A stretch of DNA of 64,000 bases from a virus. The notes below the pieces were generated by a model. It ran no database searches. It was not told the DNA's origin and saw only the letters and a program-made list of their open reading frames with translations. Positions 53,360 to 63,068 of the stretch are shown here, piece by piece. Where the stretch lies: the IMG/VR virus record IMGVR_UViG_3300013125_000002; one strand, 5' to 3'. How positions within the stretch are numbered: position 1 is the stretch's first letter; each line of letters starts with the position of its first letter. The position numbers and the translations under genes were made by a program.

Positions 53360-56300
53360 CATCCGGCTCCTCATGATCCGTCTCAGGGTTCGGGAGATCT
53401 AGCTTCCCACCCGCCATCTGATTCAGGTACTGCCACTCATGCTCACTCTCGTGGAGAGGATGACTGTGCAGCCACTCACTGAAGCCAACCTCGTGGTCAA
53501 ACCGATCTGGTGGATCTGCCACCACAGAATGAGCTGGCACCTCATCATCGTCGCCCGGTTCAGGTTCGTCAATGGACTTGAGCATCTTGCCACGAAGACC
53601 CTTGTCTTTGATCTTCTGCTTGAAGTCATCCAATGACATCTCTGTCAAGCTACCGAAGAACTTGGGGTTATCATACTGTCTGAGGTAGGCGGCCTTGGCT
53701 TCCTCTGGGGAGTCAAAACCAAGCATCACTTTGTCCTCATCGAACTCAGTGAAGTCTGGCTTCTTCATCTGGTGAATCACAAAGACCCGCTCAGAGTTCT
53801 TGTGTGGCCCCATGTAAACATCCACGGCATCCCCATCGACCCCCTTTGACCCACTCACATAGCCGTAGTCGTAGTTCATCTTGGTACGACCATGCTCTTT
53901 GGCATTAGGGTCATACCACTCGCGATAAGAACCCTTCTTGTTCTCAATCGCAATGTTCATGCCCTCATACTTGATCCGACCCATGAGGGGATGAGCCTTC
54001 TGCATGTCAGGATCAATGGCATTCATCCAAAGTGACTTAACCGCCACCGGATCGATGTAGCTCCGAAGAGCTGTAGCTGCGTGGGCCTTGCGGTCCTCAC
54101 CCTTACCGATGTAGTGGCCCAGAGCCTTTGCTGACTCAAGGGCCGCTTCCTCTGTCACACCCGAAAGGGTCTTGGCTGTAATCCGCCCCTGGCTGTACTG
54201 CTGGAGCAGTCTCTCAAAAGCTCGAGAGAAGATCTCCGTACCATGATAGGTGCGGAACTGCTTGGGCGTGACACCCAAGGTGGCCAAGGTTCTTCGAAGC
54301 TTATTGTACCCAATCTCTTGGAACTTGACCTGAGAGCCACGACGCACAGGCACTGAGAAGAGGTAGTCCGTTCTCTTCTTCCCCTCAGCCAGTGTCAGCT
54401 CCTGCAAGATCGACATCGACTTGGGATCGAGAACTACAACCTGCTGTTGGTCGACGCCCAACTTGCCAACGTAGGAAAACGTCGCCATGTTGCCTTTGAT
54501 CTTGACGTTCCCTACTTTGAGGGTCGTCAGACCAATCGTGCCCCTCTCTTCCTCATGGATCTTCCTACCAGCGCGCATGTAGGCTTGATCCAAAAGAGCA
54601 ACCATGAGCCCCAGTGCCCGATGCGCCAATTGCTTCGACTGCATCAGAGAACTATAGAACTTCCTCACCTTTGGGAGCTGCTGATCAAAGTGACGATTGT
54701 CCTGATTGAACTTCAACTCATCTCGCTCACGGAGATCACTATCGTAGTACCCGTGTTCGAAATGGGAGGTCTCGTCATTTGGGTCTGCCCGCCACCTGGC
54801 CCCCCACATCCGCAACGGAACAGCCTTGTTGTACTCTGGGTTCCATTCCGCATGCTCCGGAACGGCACGGTTCATCTTGCGACCTGAACGAGGATCGAAG
54901 AACTGCGGGTGTTGAATGGGATCAGGTTCGTCTCGATGTAGCTGTGGCGTTCCTAGCTTCTTGTCATAATGGGCATGCCCCACCGGAGCATTCGTTCCCT
55001 GAATGACATTCCCCACATGATCTCGGTAGTAATACCGATAGCTTCCAGGAACTCCCTCCCGTCTCCAGTACTTGTAGTGCTGGGAACGGGTGCCCTTCTG
55101 GGCTTTGCGGAGGATATCGAGAGCCTTCGAGAGACGATTCATGCTGAGGCTCTGCAGCAGCTGAATTGCCTTCGCCACAGGGGATAGTTTTGCCTGCATC
55201 GCTTGAAACTCCGGTAGGCCAGACAGCTTCTGATGAGCACTCAAGAAGAGATCAACCAGCTGGCTCTCTGTCGGGGGACGAGGAAACTCTCGTGTGTGCT
55301 TTGTGGCCAACTCAGCTGTGACCTCAGTAAATGGCCTGATGTTCTGGAGGTCTCCCTTGGGGGCCAAGGTCAGAATAGCGGCTCGCTCAGCTGCTGTGAG
55401 CAACGGATGCTGCTTGACCATCGTGACCCAAGAGTGCTTCTCCGATCCCGATAGCTTCTGAACCTTTGGCTCCTCAACTTCACGCTCAAAGGGTTCAACA
55501 AACTCATCCCCACCCTCTGACTGCCAATGGACAATGAAAGCTTGAGCTTGCTCAGGTGACTTGATCTCCTTCAATTCATGCAAAGCCAGAAATGAAGTGA
55601 CCTGTCTCTCATGATCTGCAGTGTCCGAAGCTACGTATTTGGCCAAACGATCTTCTTGTCTTCCTGACCACTCCTGCAGCGATTCTTCACGAGCAATCAG
55701 ATCATCTTCCGCTGACTGAGCATGAGCACCCTCACTGACAATCTCCTCATGGCCAGGTGGCAATTCTTCTCGGCTCACTTGGTCCAGTACGTCCATGGTT
55801 CGACCACTGTGGTCTACAGTCGAGATGAACTTACGTCGCTCTTTGACCTCGTCGAGGATCGCCTTGGTCTCTTTGAAGTGCTCCCACCACAAACAGTGTC
55901 CAAGGTAGGTACTGAATCGCCATCCCTTCTGGGGATCATAAGAGTTGACTGCACGTTTCACGGCCCGAAGCGTGGGGGAGTCAGGGTCAATCTCAATCTT
56001 CTTGGCTCTACCTGGCCCTCCATAGTAACCAAGGAGACGAGCCATGTTTCCAGGATCAAATACGTTATAGAGTGTCAGCTGACGCTGAGCAGAGAGAACC
56101 GCCAATCCGAAATGCTCTCGGATGATGTTCGCGCAGAGCTTCAGCTGCTCAGCCTCTGAGGCCTTGAGCTTGCGCACCCAGCGCAGACCTCTCCGCTGCC
56201 ACGGCTGCCCTGTCTGTCTCTTGACCGTGGCCTGGTAAGGCTCAAGGACTCGATGCCAGGTGAGTCTTCCCTGTTCCAGTGCTGTTGTGGTGGGTCGTAC

Positions 56301-56999
56301 CTGATCAATAGGAAACTCTTTGGCCGGCTTGACTCGCTGACCCGATGCCCGCTGCTGTCGGTACTCTTCCTTCAGCCACTCCTTGAAGTTCTGCTTGAAG
56401 AATGGACTTGGGACCCAGCTACCTGTTTGCTCTGGAAACCGATTGAACGGACTCTCGGCATGGTAGCGAATCGACATGCGCCCACTCGGAGAATCGATCC
56501 CCGACTGGCCTCGTTCCCTCACCTCAAACCAGGGTCTGCCAAAAGCGTCGTTGACCGTTGCAGTTGACGACCGACGACGCATCCAATTCTCAACAGCCTC
56601 GTAAGAGGGCAGATGAGTTACCGCATCTCGTGCTTTCGTACTACGGTGCGGAAGGATGATGAAGGGGCGCTTTGCTGAGGGCCTGACAACGAGCTTCAGC
56701 TCAGGCTTACCCTCTGCTGAGCGGATGATCGACACATCATCAGCACCCGACTTGAGGGCTTTCTCTCGTGCATGGTGGAACGCTTGCTCTGCTGTGTGCC
56801 CTCGAGCAACTGAATCCGAATGAGTGGTAACGGAGTGCTCATCTGAAACAGCAGAGGCTGCCCACCCATGGTTCTTTGGATGTCTGAGATCAGAGTACTT
56901 GTAGTTCCAGCGGTCGTTTTTCCACCACCGCAGAACATACTTCCCGCCTAGATGTTCCCCTCGGTGAGCTTTGACTAAATCGATCCAAAGAGCGAACAC
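53142..56999 (-). CDS. Multidomain protein: sigma70-like domain, DNA topoisomerase IB and inorganic-pyrophosphatase-like (InPase) domain
   Basis: Sigma region 2: AVNSYDPQKGWRFSTY. TopoIB: MRAG, YVGK, TPKQFRTY, LGH...SYIDP. InPase: IAIENKKGS...YGY...GVDGDAVDVY...FDEDKVMLGF. Confidence 0.8.
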   Translation of the reverse strand: MFALWIDLVKAHRGEHLGGKYVLRWWKNDRWNYKYSDLRHPKNHGWAASAVSDEHSVTTHSDSVARGHTAEQAFHHAREKALKSGADDVSIIRSAEGKPELKLVVRPSAKRPFIILPHRSTKARDAVTHLPSYEAVENWMRRRSSTATVNDAFGRPWFEVRERGQSGIDSPSGRMSIRYHAESPFNRFPEQTGSWVPSPFFKQNFKEWLKEEYRQQRASGQRVKPAKEFPIDQVRPTTTALEQGRLTWHRVLEPYQATVKRQTGQPWQRRGLRWVRKLKASEAEQLKLCANIIREHFGLAVLSAQRQLTLYNVFDPGNMARLLGYYGGPGRAKKIEIDPDSPTLRAVKRAVNSYDPQKGWRFSTYLGHCLWWEHFKETKAILDEVKERRKFISTVDHSGRTMDVLDQVSREELPPGHEEIVSEGAHAQSAEDDLIAREESLQEWSGRQEDRLAKYVASDTADHERQVTSFLALHELKEIKSPEQAQAFIVHWQSEGGDEFVEPFEREVEEPKVQKLSGSEKHSWVTMVKQHPLLTAAERAAILTLAPKGDLQNIRPFTEVTAELATKHTREFPRPPTESQLVDLFLSAHQKLSGLPEFQAMQAKLSPVAKAIQLLQSLSMNRLSKALDILRKAQKGTRSQHYKYWRREGVPGSYRYYYRDHVGNVIQGTNAPVGHAHYDKKLGTPQLHRDEPDPIQHPQFFDPRSGRKMNRAVPEHAEWNPEYNKAVPLRMWGARWRADPNDETSHFEHGYYDSDLRERDELKFNQDNRHFDQQLPKVRKFYSSLMQSKQLAHRALGLMVALLDQAYMRAGRKIHEEERGTIGLTTLKVGNVKIKGNMATFSYVGKLGVDQQQVVVLDPKSMSILQELTLAEGKKRTDYLFSVPVRRGSQVKFQEIGYNKLRRTLATLGVTPKQFRTYHGTEIFSRAFERLLQQYSQGRITAKTLSGVTEEAALESAKALGHYIGKGEDRKAHAATALRSYIDPVAVKSLWMNAIDPDMQKAHPLMGRIKYEGMNIAIENKKGSYREWYDPNAKEHGRTKMNYDYGYVSGSKGVDGDAVDVYMGPHKNSERVFVIHQMKKPDFTEFDEDKVMLGFDSPEEAKAAYLRQYDNPKFFGSLTEMSLDDFKQKIKDKGLRGKMLKSIDEPEPGDDDEVPAHSVVADPPDRFDHEVGFSEWLHSHPLHESEHEWQYLNQMAGGKLDLPNPETDHEEPDDVDAEDELDSTDRSGPADESTPQSAWEEPAGDSEEQEAAANGGAPSEGEAVQPPGEGPLREDQSQVRSPSPT

Positions 57000-57779
57000 T
57001 TACCACTCCAGACTGCTCGTCATCTGGCCACGAATCTGGTCCAGCTGCTTGGCATCACGGTTGTCCGTGAGATCCATCAGAGACCCACGGACATCCTCGC
57101 GGATGTAGTCATCGTCCATCCAAGGTTCGTAGTCATAGTCCTCACCCCAGATCGACTTTGCCACTTGGAGCAGTTGATCTCGATTCAGACTGTCCAAGTT
57201 CTCGAGAAGCTGTTGAGCACCGGGAGCCTGGGTAGCCACAGGTTCTGGCCCAACTGCCTTGAAAACCTCCTGAGTGGCCTTTCGATAACCGTCTTTGTCA
57301 CCACGTAGAGCAAACCTACGAAGATAGAAGATCGGATTTCCCTCAAGAGGGATTTTGAAACCCAGTGCCTCCGACCAGACCTCATTCTGATGCTCCCTTC
57401 GATCCAGCGCACAAGGTTCTTCAAATGGATGCTTCTCGCCTCGAAACCGAAGAGGATAGGTCAGACGCTTTTCGTCCAGATCACCCTCGTAGTCCTCGTC
57501 CGTATTCACAGGTGAGACCTGGGCACCCCCTACCGAAATTGAAGGACCAGACTTGCCAAAACTTGCCAGCTTGTCTTCGGCTTCTGATTCCTTGTCGGCA
57601 TCAGCAATCTGAGCATCCTCGTCTACACCATCTCCGTTGTCGTCCCCAGTGTCACCTGCGTCAGCTTGAGACTCTTTGGCATCCTGTTGCTTCATCTGAA
57701 GCTCTTCAGGATCACCACCACGAAACTCTCCCTCGCTCTTTGCAAGTAGCTCATTCATGGCATCGAGGATCGACATCAC
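57000..57779 (-). CDS. Acidic hypothetical protein (candidate internal head protein)
   Basis: 259 aa with LLAKS and FGKS sites near the N-terminus. Confidence 0.6.
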   Translation of the reverse strand: MMSILDAMNELLAKSEGEFRGGDPEELQMKQQDAKESQADAGDTGDDNGDGVDEDAQIADADKESEAEDKLASFGKSGPSISVGGAQVSPVNTDEDYEGDLDEKRLTYPLRFRGEKHPFEEPCALDRREHQNEVWSEALGFKIPLEGNPIFYLRRFALRGDKDGYRKATQEVFKAVGPEPVATQAPGAQQLLENLDSLNRDQLLQVAKSIWGEDYDYEPWMDDDYIREDVRGSLMDLTDNRDAKQLDQIRGQMTSSLEW

Positions 57780-58679
57780 TCACACCTCAGGGAAAGCTTC
57801 CTCAGGTCGCAACAGAGTGAAGCGACCCATATCATTCCAACCCCAACCAGGGGGCACGTATCTCAAACGCCCAAAGCAGTGTGGGTGCAGCGGAGGCACC
57901 ACCGGCTTGGCATGCAATCTCCAAGGTCTCTGGTAATTCGTTCCCTCATTCTCCAACAGCTCCTTGAGCTTGAAGATCTTTGGGTTCCCAGTCTTGGGAT
58001 CGTAATAGATTCGCCGACAGTCATCACACATATCGGCATCATGTACAATAGCCACATCACTGTCGATCCCATCAGAGTCAGCGTAGATACCCTCCTTCTG
58101 AGAGATCGCAGTCATCACTCCACGCTGCTTAGCTGTGTGCAACTCTGTAGCAGCCAACCTCTCCCAGTTCCGATGAGGTTCCTTCAGAGCCTCCACTAGC
58201 TCTCTGGCTACTTGTCGATAAGTCTGATTTAGATCAGTACCAGTCTTGATCTTGTCAGAAATTGTAGACCTAACATGCCCTTCGGTTACTGTACGATGAG
58301 TCGCTTGTGCAAGTCTCTGGTAGAGACCATTCTTGATGTCGTCCATCAGACTGCGAAACTCAGTCTGAGCCGACAGCTCTGCCGCTTTGATCTGCAGCTT
58401 ATCTACGTCCGTGTAGCGACCAGTTGCTACTTCCTGGAGCTGCTTCCAGGTGAGCTTCTTGAACTCGGCCTCCTTGAGCAGAGATTGAAGCTTCCCAAGG
58501 ACGTAAGCATAGCGAATAGCTGATGCATTAACATCCATCGGAAGCTTACCGCTGGCCTTCAGATCATGGAGATCCTTCTCAGTGATCTCCTGATCCCCAA
58601 ACATCCTCCACATGAGCCATGTGGTGTGACAACGGATGATCTCGGCCAGCTTCTCAATCTGTGCTCTGGAGAGAACCAT
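57780..58679 (-). CDS. MuF-like head morphogenesis/minor head protein
   Basis: WERLAATELH...CDDC...PPLHPHC is the MuF-type signature. Lies in the portal-protease interval. Confidence 0.8.
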   Translation of the reverse strand: MVLSRAQIEKLAEIIRCHTTWLMWRMFGDQEITEKDLHDLKASGKLPMDVNASAIRYAYVLGKLQSLLKEAEFKKLTWKQLQEVATGRYTDVDKLQIKAAELSAQTEFRSLMDDIKNGLYQRLAQATHRTVTEGHVRSTISDKIKTGTDLNQTYRQVARELVEALKEPHRNWERLAATELHTAKQRGVMTAISQKEGIYADSDGIDSDVAIVHDADMCDDCRRIYYDPKTGNPKIFKLKELLENEGTNYQRPWRLHAKPVVPPLHPHCFGRLRYVPPGWGWNDMGRFTLLRPEEAFPEV

Positions 58680-58683
58680 GCAC

Positions 58684-59895
58684 CTAGCGGCTCACCATCA
58701 GAGGTTGTGAGAGACGCTTCTTTCTGTGCTCCGTGTCGAGTTTGGCTTCAGCTCTGTCCACCCCTAGGTGAGGCACTCCGGTCGGCTTTTGCTTCAAAAG
58801 CTCCTCAACTTCCTCCTTGCCACCATAACCATAGTCCTTCTTGAGATCATCAGAACTCTTCTTGATCTCAATGTAGAGCTGTGGTTGGGTACTTGGGGTT
58901 GAGGGCATGACCCCATTGATCTGTCCTTCTGTGACACCCGGAAGGACCTGTGACTTGAGGACTCGGCGTGGATCTTCTTCGGTGAAAACAAAGAGCTTGG
59001 AACCCGTCGGTTGGCTAGCTGGAGCTAGGCGGCGAGGACCAATCATATCTGGGCGAATCATCGTACTCTCCTGTGACTTCTCTGTTGTCTCAGCAACAGT
59101 GAGACTGTGGATCTTGGACGAACCATCACCATCAAACCCGAACAGGTTTCTCTCGCCCCTCTCATGCCCCCAGTCTTCGATCTTCAAACCACGAGAGCAT
59201 CCCCAATCACCTAGCTTCTTCAGCTCCTCTAGAAGTGGCTTCAGTTGTTCAGCAGCTTGGGGACTGACTACCATCTCGATCTTATACTGCTTACCATGCA
59301 GCGACTTGACGAAGAGATCATCGATAGAAAGAGACTTCGATGCATCGATCTCTTCACCCCAATTCCCTGCATGAAGAGCATGGAACTGCTGACGGGAGCT
59401 AGAGGGCACTGAGCTATTCTTGTAGAGATGCGGATTGGCCTTGTAGTGCAAGATCCAATCACGATGGTGCTGCTCCGTGTCCTGTACACCCTGACCTTCG
59501 AGATGCTGAATTGTCGACGAGGCCTGGTGGTACTTCTTGAGTGATTGATCTGCTCTGGCAGGATCGTTATTGAGGGTGTGGTAGAGATAGTAGTGGCGAG
59601 CGTGCCCCTGAATAGCCCTAGCTGCTGCTAGTTGGTGACCTGGTGAGGAGACATCAGGGCCTTTGATCTTCACCGATGGCTTCTCTTGAGACGAGAACGT
59701 TGGTGCTGGCTTCAGGGAAGCTTCACTCATGCGGGGGGCAGCCACGGTATCTTCGTGACCCGTCACGGCTGAGGGTTGGGCACTACGCTTCGCCACCATG
59801 GTTGCAGCATCAGCAGCTTTGACCAACGTACCCTGATCCCACAGGTCACCAGCATCCCCAATCCGGAACAGCATCGCATCGAGAAAAAGCTGCAT
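58684..59895 (-). CDS. Hypothetical protein (candidate internal head protein)
   Basis: 403 aa with LVKA, FVKS, VLKS and IKKS sites. Confidence 0.6.
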   Translation of the reverse strand: MQLFLDAMLFRIGDAGDLWDQGTLVKAADAATMVAKRSAQPSAVTGHEDTVAAPRMSEASLKPAPTFSSQEKPSVKIKGPDVSSPGHQLAAARAIQGHARHYYLYHTLNNDPARADQSLKKYHQASSTIQHLEGQGVQDTEQHHRDWILHYKANPHLYKNSSVPSSSRQQFHALHAGNWGEEIDASKSLSIDDLFVKSLHGKQYKIEMVVSPQAAEQLKPLLEELKKLGDWGCSRGLKIEDWGHERGERNLFGFDGDGSSKIHSLTVAETTEKSQESTMIRPDMIGPRRLAPASQPTGSKLFVFTEEDPRRVLKSQVLPGVTEGQINGVMPSTPSTQPQLYIEIKKSSDDLKKDYGYGGKEEVEELLKQKPTGVPHLGVDRAEAKLDTEHRKKRLSQPLMVSR

Positions 59896-59898
59896 GAC

Positions 59899-60090
59899 CT
59901 ACTTCCTTCCCTGAAGCTGGAGTAGTGCTATCGAAAGAGCCGGTCCCCCATCCAGCAGAAAACGAACAGCATCTGGCTCTGGCATGTGGTAGTCCTCGAC
60001 CAGCATTCGAAGGACACGTTTGCCCTCAAGGGACATACCTGCTGCACCCTTCTTGAGCTGGACCCGACCTGAAACTGTGTTACTCGTCAC
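59899..60090 (-). CDS. Small hypothetical protein
   Basis: Fills the gap in a tightly packed operon. GTG start at 60090 is assumed. Confidence 0.45.
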   Translation of the reverse strand: MTSNTVSGRVQLKKGAAGMSLEGKRVLRMLVEDYHMPEPDAVRFLLDGGPALSIALLQLQGRK

Positions 60091-60319
60091 GGCCACCGGC
60101 CAGTACCTCAGCAATCTCATTCGTCATACTGCTCATCATAAGATCGAATGAGTCGTTGACGAATGCTGCCAAATGAGATGCTGCCTCATTCTCATCTGGC
60201 AGTACGGCATCTTCGTGATCATGCGACTTCTTGAGTTTTGCAACTGCCAACTCAAGAGACTTGATCACCTCATCAGTGCCCATGCCTTCAGGCACCTGAA
60301 TCTTGACCTGGGATGGCAC
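60080..60319 (-). CDS. Small hypothetical protein
   Basis: 79 aa with VIKS and LKKS sites, abutting its neighbours. Confidence 0.55.
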   Translation of the reverse strand: MPSQVKIQVPEGMGTDEVIKSLELAVAKLKKSHDHEDAVLPDENEAASHLAAFVNDSFDLMMSSMTNEIAEVLAGGRDE

Positions 60320-60784
60320 TTAGTCTCTGCTCGTGTGCCGAAATGGAACGCTGCCACCGCCTCTGCCAGCGTTCCAGTTCAACTCCTCGTTCATATGTCG
60401 CAGTACACGAAGAGCTACCAGGCCGCGCTCCTCTTCTGTGAGTCTGGCCATGGTACCGGCGATCTTCGGATCTACGAGCTGGAACTTCTGGGGAAGAATG
60501 AGAGTCAGAAGACCCTGCTCGAAGCTGGTCAGATTCCCACCGTCCTCTGCCTTGTGGATAAGAGAGACGACTTCCTGGGCCACGAACTCCGTGTCAAGTC
60601 GACCATCTGGATACCGACGAAGAGGTGTGCAGCCTTCGTTGCGCATGAGCAACGAATCTTGCTGTGGCGTCCGGTAGCTAACTGGGTGAGTGACTCCCTC
60701 ACGGTAGCTTGTGGACTTCACCACAGTCTCTTCATCACGACGAAGATTGAGAGGCACTCTGCCTGCGAATGGGTTGTTACTCAT
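60320..60784 (-). CDS. Hypothetical protein
   Basis: 154 aa with an AGGAG RBS and VVKS, IHKA sites. Confidence 0.6.
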   Translation of the reverse strand: MSNNPFAGRVPLNLRRDEETVVKSTSYREGVTHPVSYRTPQQDSLLMRNEGCTPLRRYPDGRLDTEFVAQEVVSLIHKAEDGGNLTSFEQGLLTLILPQKFQLVDPKIAGTMARLTEEERGLVALRVLRHMNEELNWNAGRGGGSVPFRHTSRD

Positions 60785-60793
60785 CTTGATCTC

Positions 60794-62077
60794 CTACATA
60801 GCCACCCAAAGACTGAGACTCTTCTCCGTCTTCTTGGCCTGTTCACGTTCACGTTCACGAAGCCGTTCTTTCCGAATCACGTCCTTCTGTTTGGCTTGAG
60901 CCGGCTTCAGTCCTTCCTCATAGGCAGCATGAGCTGTCTCTGATCCCTTCACACCCTCACGACGCCTATCCATGAAAGACTGGAGATCTCCGATGCTCAC
61001 CACCCGCGCGATCTTCTTCCCACTACCCTCTTCTGCCATCCGATGATGAATCTCACTTCTTCTGGTTGCATGGGCCTGGAGGAGCTGCTGCTCAAAAGCA
61101 CGAGCATCCTTGGCAGAAAGACCAAGGGCTTGAGTCTCAGCCTCATTCGTAGGTATCCCTGCCCGAACCAGGTGAGTCTTGTACTTCTCGCGAAGCTCCT
61201 TGAGAGCGGCCTCTTCATTCTTGGCTTCGCGATTCGACTCTCGCTCTCGCCTCTCGACAGTCGAGACCCCCTCAGCCTTGATCCTCTCTTCGGCTGCTCT
61301 TGTAGAGACTGCTTGCTTGGCTTCATGTTCACGAACCAGACGCTTCTCTTCCTCTGTTCTCTGGTGGGGCTCTTTCTTGAGCGCTTGCTTCAGCGTCTTA
61401 CCAAGAGCCTTCTCGTGCTCTTTCCGGAGCTGGGAGCCCTCTCCAGGCTTCGGAGGGGCAAACTTGCCGACTACCTTCCGAACGACTACATGGTGCTGTT
61501 CAAAGCACTCTGGGCAGAGCTTCTGTGCAACAGCTGCTGGGTCTGGGGGGTCGATGGATTCCCGCTGCCCAGCCTTGGGGCCTTGTGTGTGAAGAAGAGT
61601 GACCGCAGTCTTCCGTTCTGTGACCTCTTCCACTCGGGTCTTGTTCCCCGTTGCAGGGTTCTCGATCTCTCTGACTTCAACTGTGGGCTTGTTGTGCTCA
61701 GGAAGAACAATCGCCTTGCAAGATCGACAGAAGTAGGATGGCCAGTGGCTTGATGTCTGTGCCTGGATGAACGCACGGGCACTGCGCTTGTCCTCTCTAG
61801 TCTTGGGAGAACGAAGACGCATCACCTGTTGGAACTCCTTTGGAAGTTCCTTCTTTCCAGGAACGATCTCCACTTGGACATCACCATGATCCGACGATAG
61901 ATGCGGAACATCCATCGCATTGGTGACAACCAAGGGCGGACTCTTCCCTGGGTAGATCTTCTCCCCAGTCACTGACAGATAGTACCGACCTCCCCGAGGG
62001 CCTGTCTGGTTCGGCTCTTTTTTGGCCTTCAGCAGGTCTACAGAGAGATCAAACAGTTGTGTAGCTGTGAGCAGCAT
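60794..62077 (-). CDS. Basic hypothetical protein with split zinc ribbon (candidate internal head protein)
   Basis: N-terminal DLLKA then GPRGGRYY. CRSC...CPEC. C-terminal EKSLSLWV. Confidence 0.6.
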   Translation of the reverse strand: MLLTATQLFDLSVDLLKAKKEPNQTGPRGGRYYLSVTGEKIYPGKSPPLVVTNAMDVPHLSSDHGDVQVEIVPGKKELPKEFQQVMRLRSPKTREDKRSARAFIQAQTSSHWPSYFCRSCKAIVLPEHNKPTVEVREIENPATGNKTRVEEVTERKTAVTLLHTQGPKAGQRESIDPPDPAAVAQKLCPECFEQHHVVVRKVVGKFAPPKPGEGSQLRKEHEKALGKTLKQALKKEPHQRTEEEKRLVREHEAKQAVSTRAAEERIKAEGVSTVERRERESNREAKNEEAALKELREKYKTHLVRAGIPTNEAETQALGLSAKDARAFEQQLLQAHATRRSEIHHRMAEEGSGKKIARVVSIGDLQSFMDRRREGVKGSETAHAAYEEGLKPAQAKQKDVIRKERLREREREQAKKTEKSLSLWVAM

Positions 62078-62081
62078 CAGA

Positions 62082-63068
62082 TCACCCGCAGCGCGGACAC
62101 CTCATGGTGTTGTCGCTTTTCTTCACCATCTGCCCACCACAACTCTTGCAGCACTGTGACTTGTTGATGACGCAGGTTGGGCACTCACCAAAGCTCTTGG
62201 CGAATGCACGACCGCAAGCTCCACACCTGATGTGCTCATGGGCCTTGGCGATCCGATGGGTACGCTCCGCCTCATCCTGCTTCAGCTCGTCGATGAGCTG
62301 GGGAGTGAGTGGACCTGTTGCAAGAGCCGAGATGTCCTTGGTGACAAGAGCACTACCCGACTCGAACGTTGAGCGGTGAGCAAGTGCTCGAGGGAGACGA
62401 GGCACCGAACGGGCTGTCACCGCCTTCTCAAGATCCGATTTCTCCACTGCCTTACTGATCTCCATCAGCTCATCGAAAGACTTGTTCATGGACTTTTCCT
62501 TGCTGAGGCCCGCCTGATGGAGCCCGATTGCAACAGCTTGCTTCTCACCACCTGGATGGCGGCCAAGGTGATGCATGTGGTGTGCGATCATCTCTGATGC
62601 CATCTCTTGTTTGGCATCTGTCTTCCTGGGCGGCTTCTTGATCTGACCATCCTTGGTCTTGTATCGAGCGATCCTGGAAAGGGAACCCTTAGGGTCCTTC
62701 GTTCCGTAGTGACGCCCATAGTGCTTCTCTGCTGCCTTTTCCAACTGATTCAGGCTGGCAGTCATACTCCCCGAAGCGACCGGAGCAGGTAGGGGCGTAG
62801 GTACAGCTCGTTGAAAGCCAAGATCCTTCATGTCCATGACCGTACCCTCAGCTATGGCTTTCTTTGCCGTCGGTGGGCTGACGATGTCTTTGACTTCTTT
62901 CGAAGGCAGAGCACCAAACTGATGAGAAGGCTTACCGACCGGTGTTCCGGCTCTCATAGCACCAGAACCCGAATAGGATGCTCCCTCTTTTCCGATCTTC
63001 ACTTCCCCCAGATATGCCTTCTGCTCATCCTCTGCCCAACTACCGAGGTGAATTGGCTGCTTTGGCAT
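62082..63068 (-). CDS. Hypothetical protein with C-terminal double zinc ribbon
   Basis: CGAC/CPTC/CKSC/CPRC, an EKQAVAIGL motif and many xxK[SA] sites. Start placed at ATG 63068 (GGAG RBS). Confidence 0.6.
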   Translation of the reverse strand: MPKQPIHLGSWAEDEQKAYLGEVKIGKEGASYSGSGAMRAGTPVGKPSHQFGALPSKEVKDIVSPPTAKKAIAEGTVMDMKDLGFQRAVPTPLPAPVASGSMTASLNQLEKAAEKHYGRHYGTKDPKGSLSRIARYKTKDGQIKKPPRKTDAKQEMASEMIAHHMHHLGRHPGGEKQAVAIGLHQAGLSKEKSMNKSFDELMEISKAVEKSDLEKAVTARSVPRLPRALAHRSTFESGSALVTKDISALATGPLTPQLIDELKQDEAERTHRIAKAHEHIRCGACGRAFAKSFGECPTCVINKSQCCKSCGGQMVKKSDNTMRCPRCG

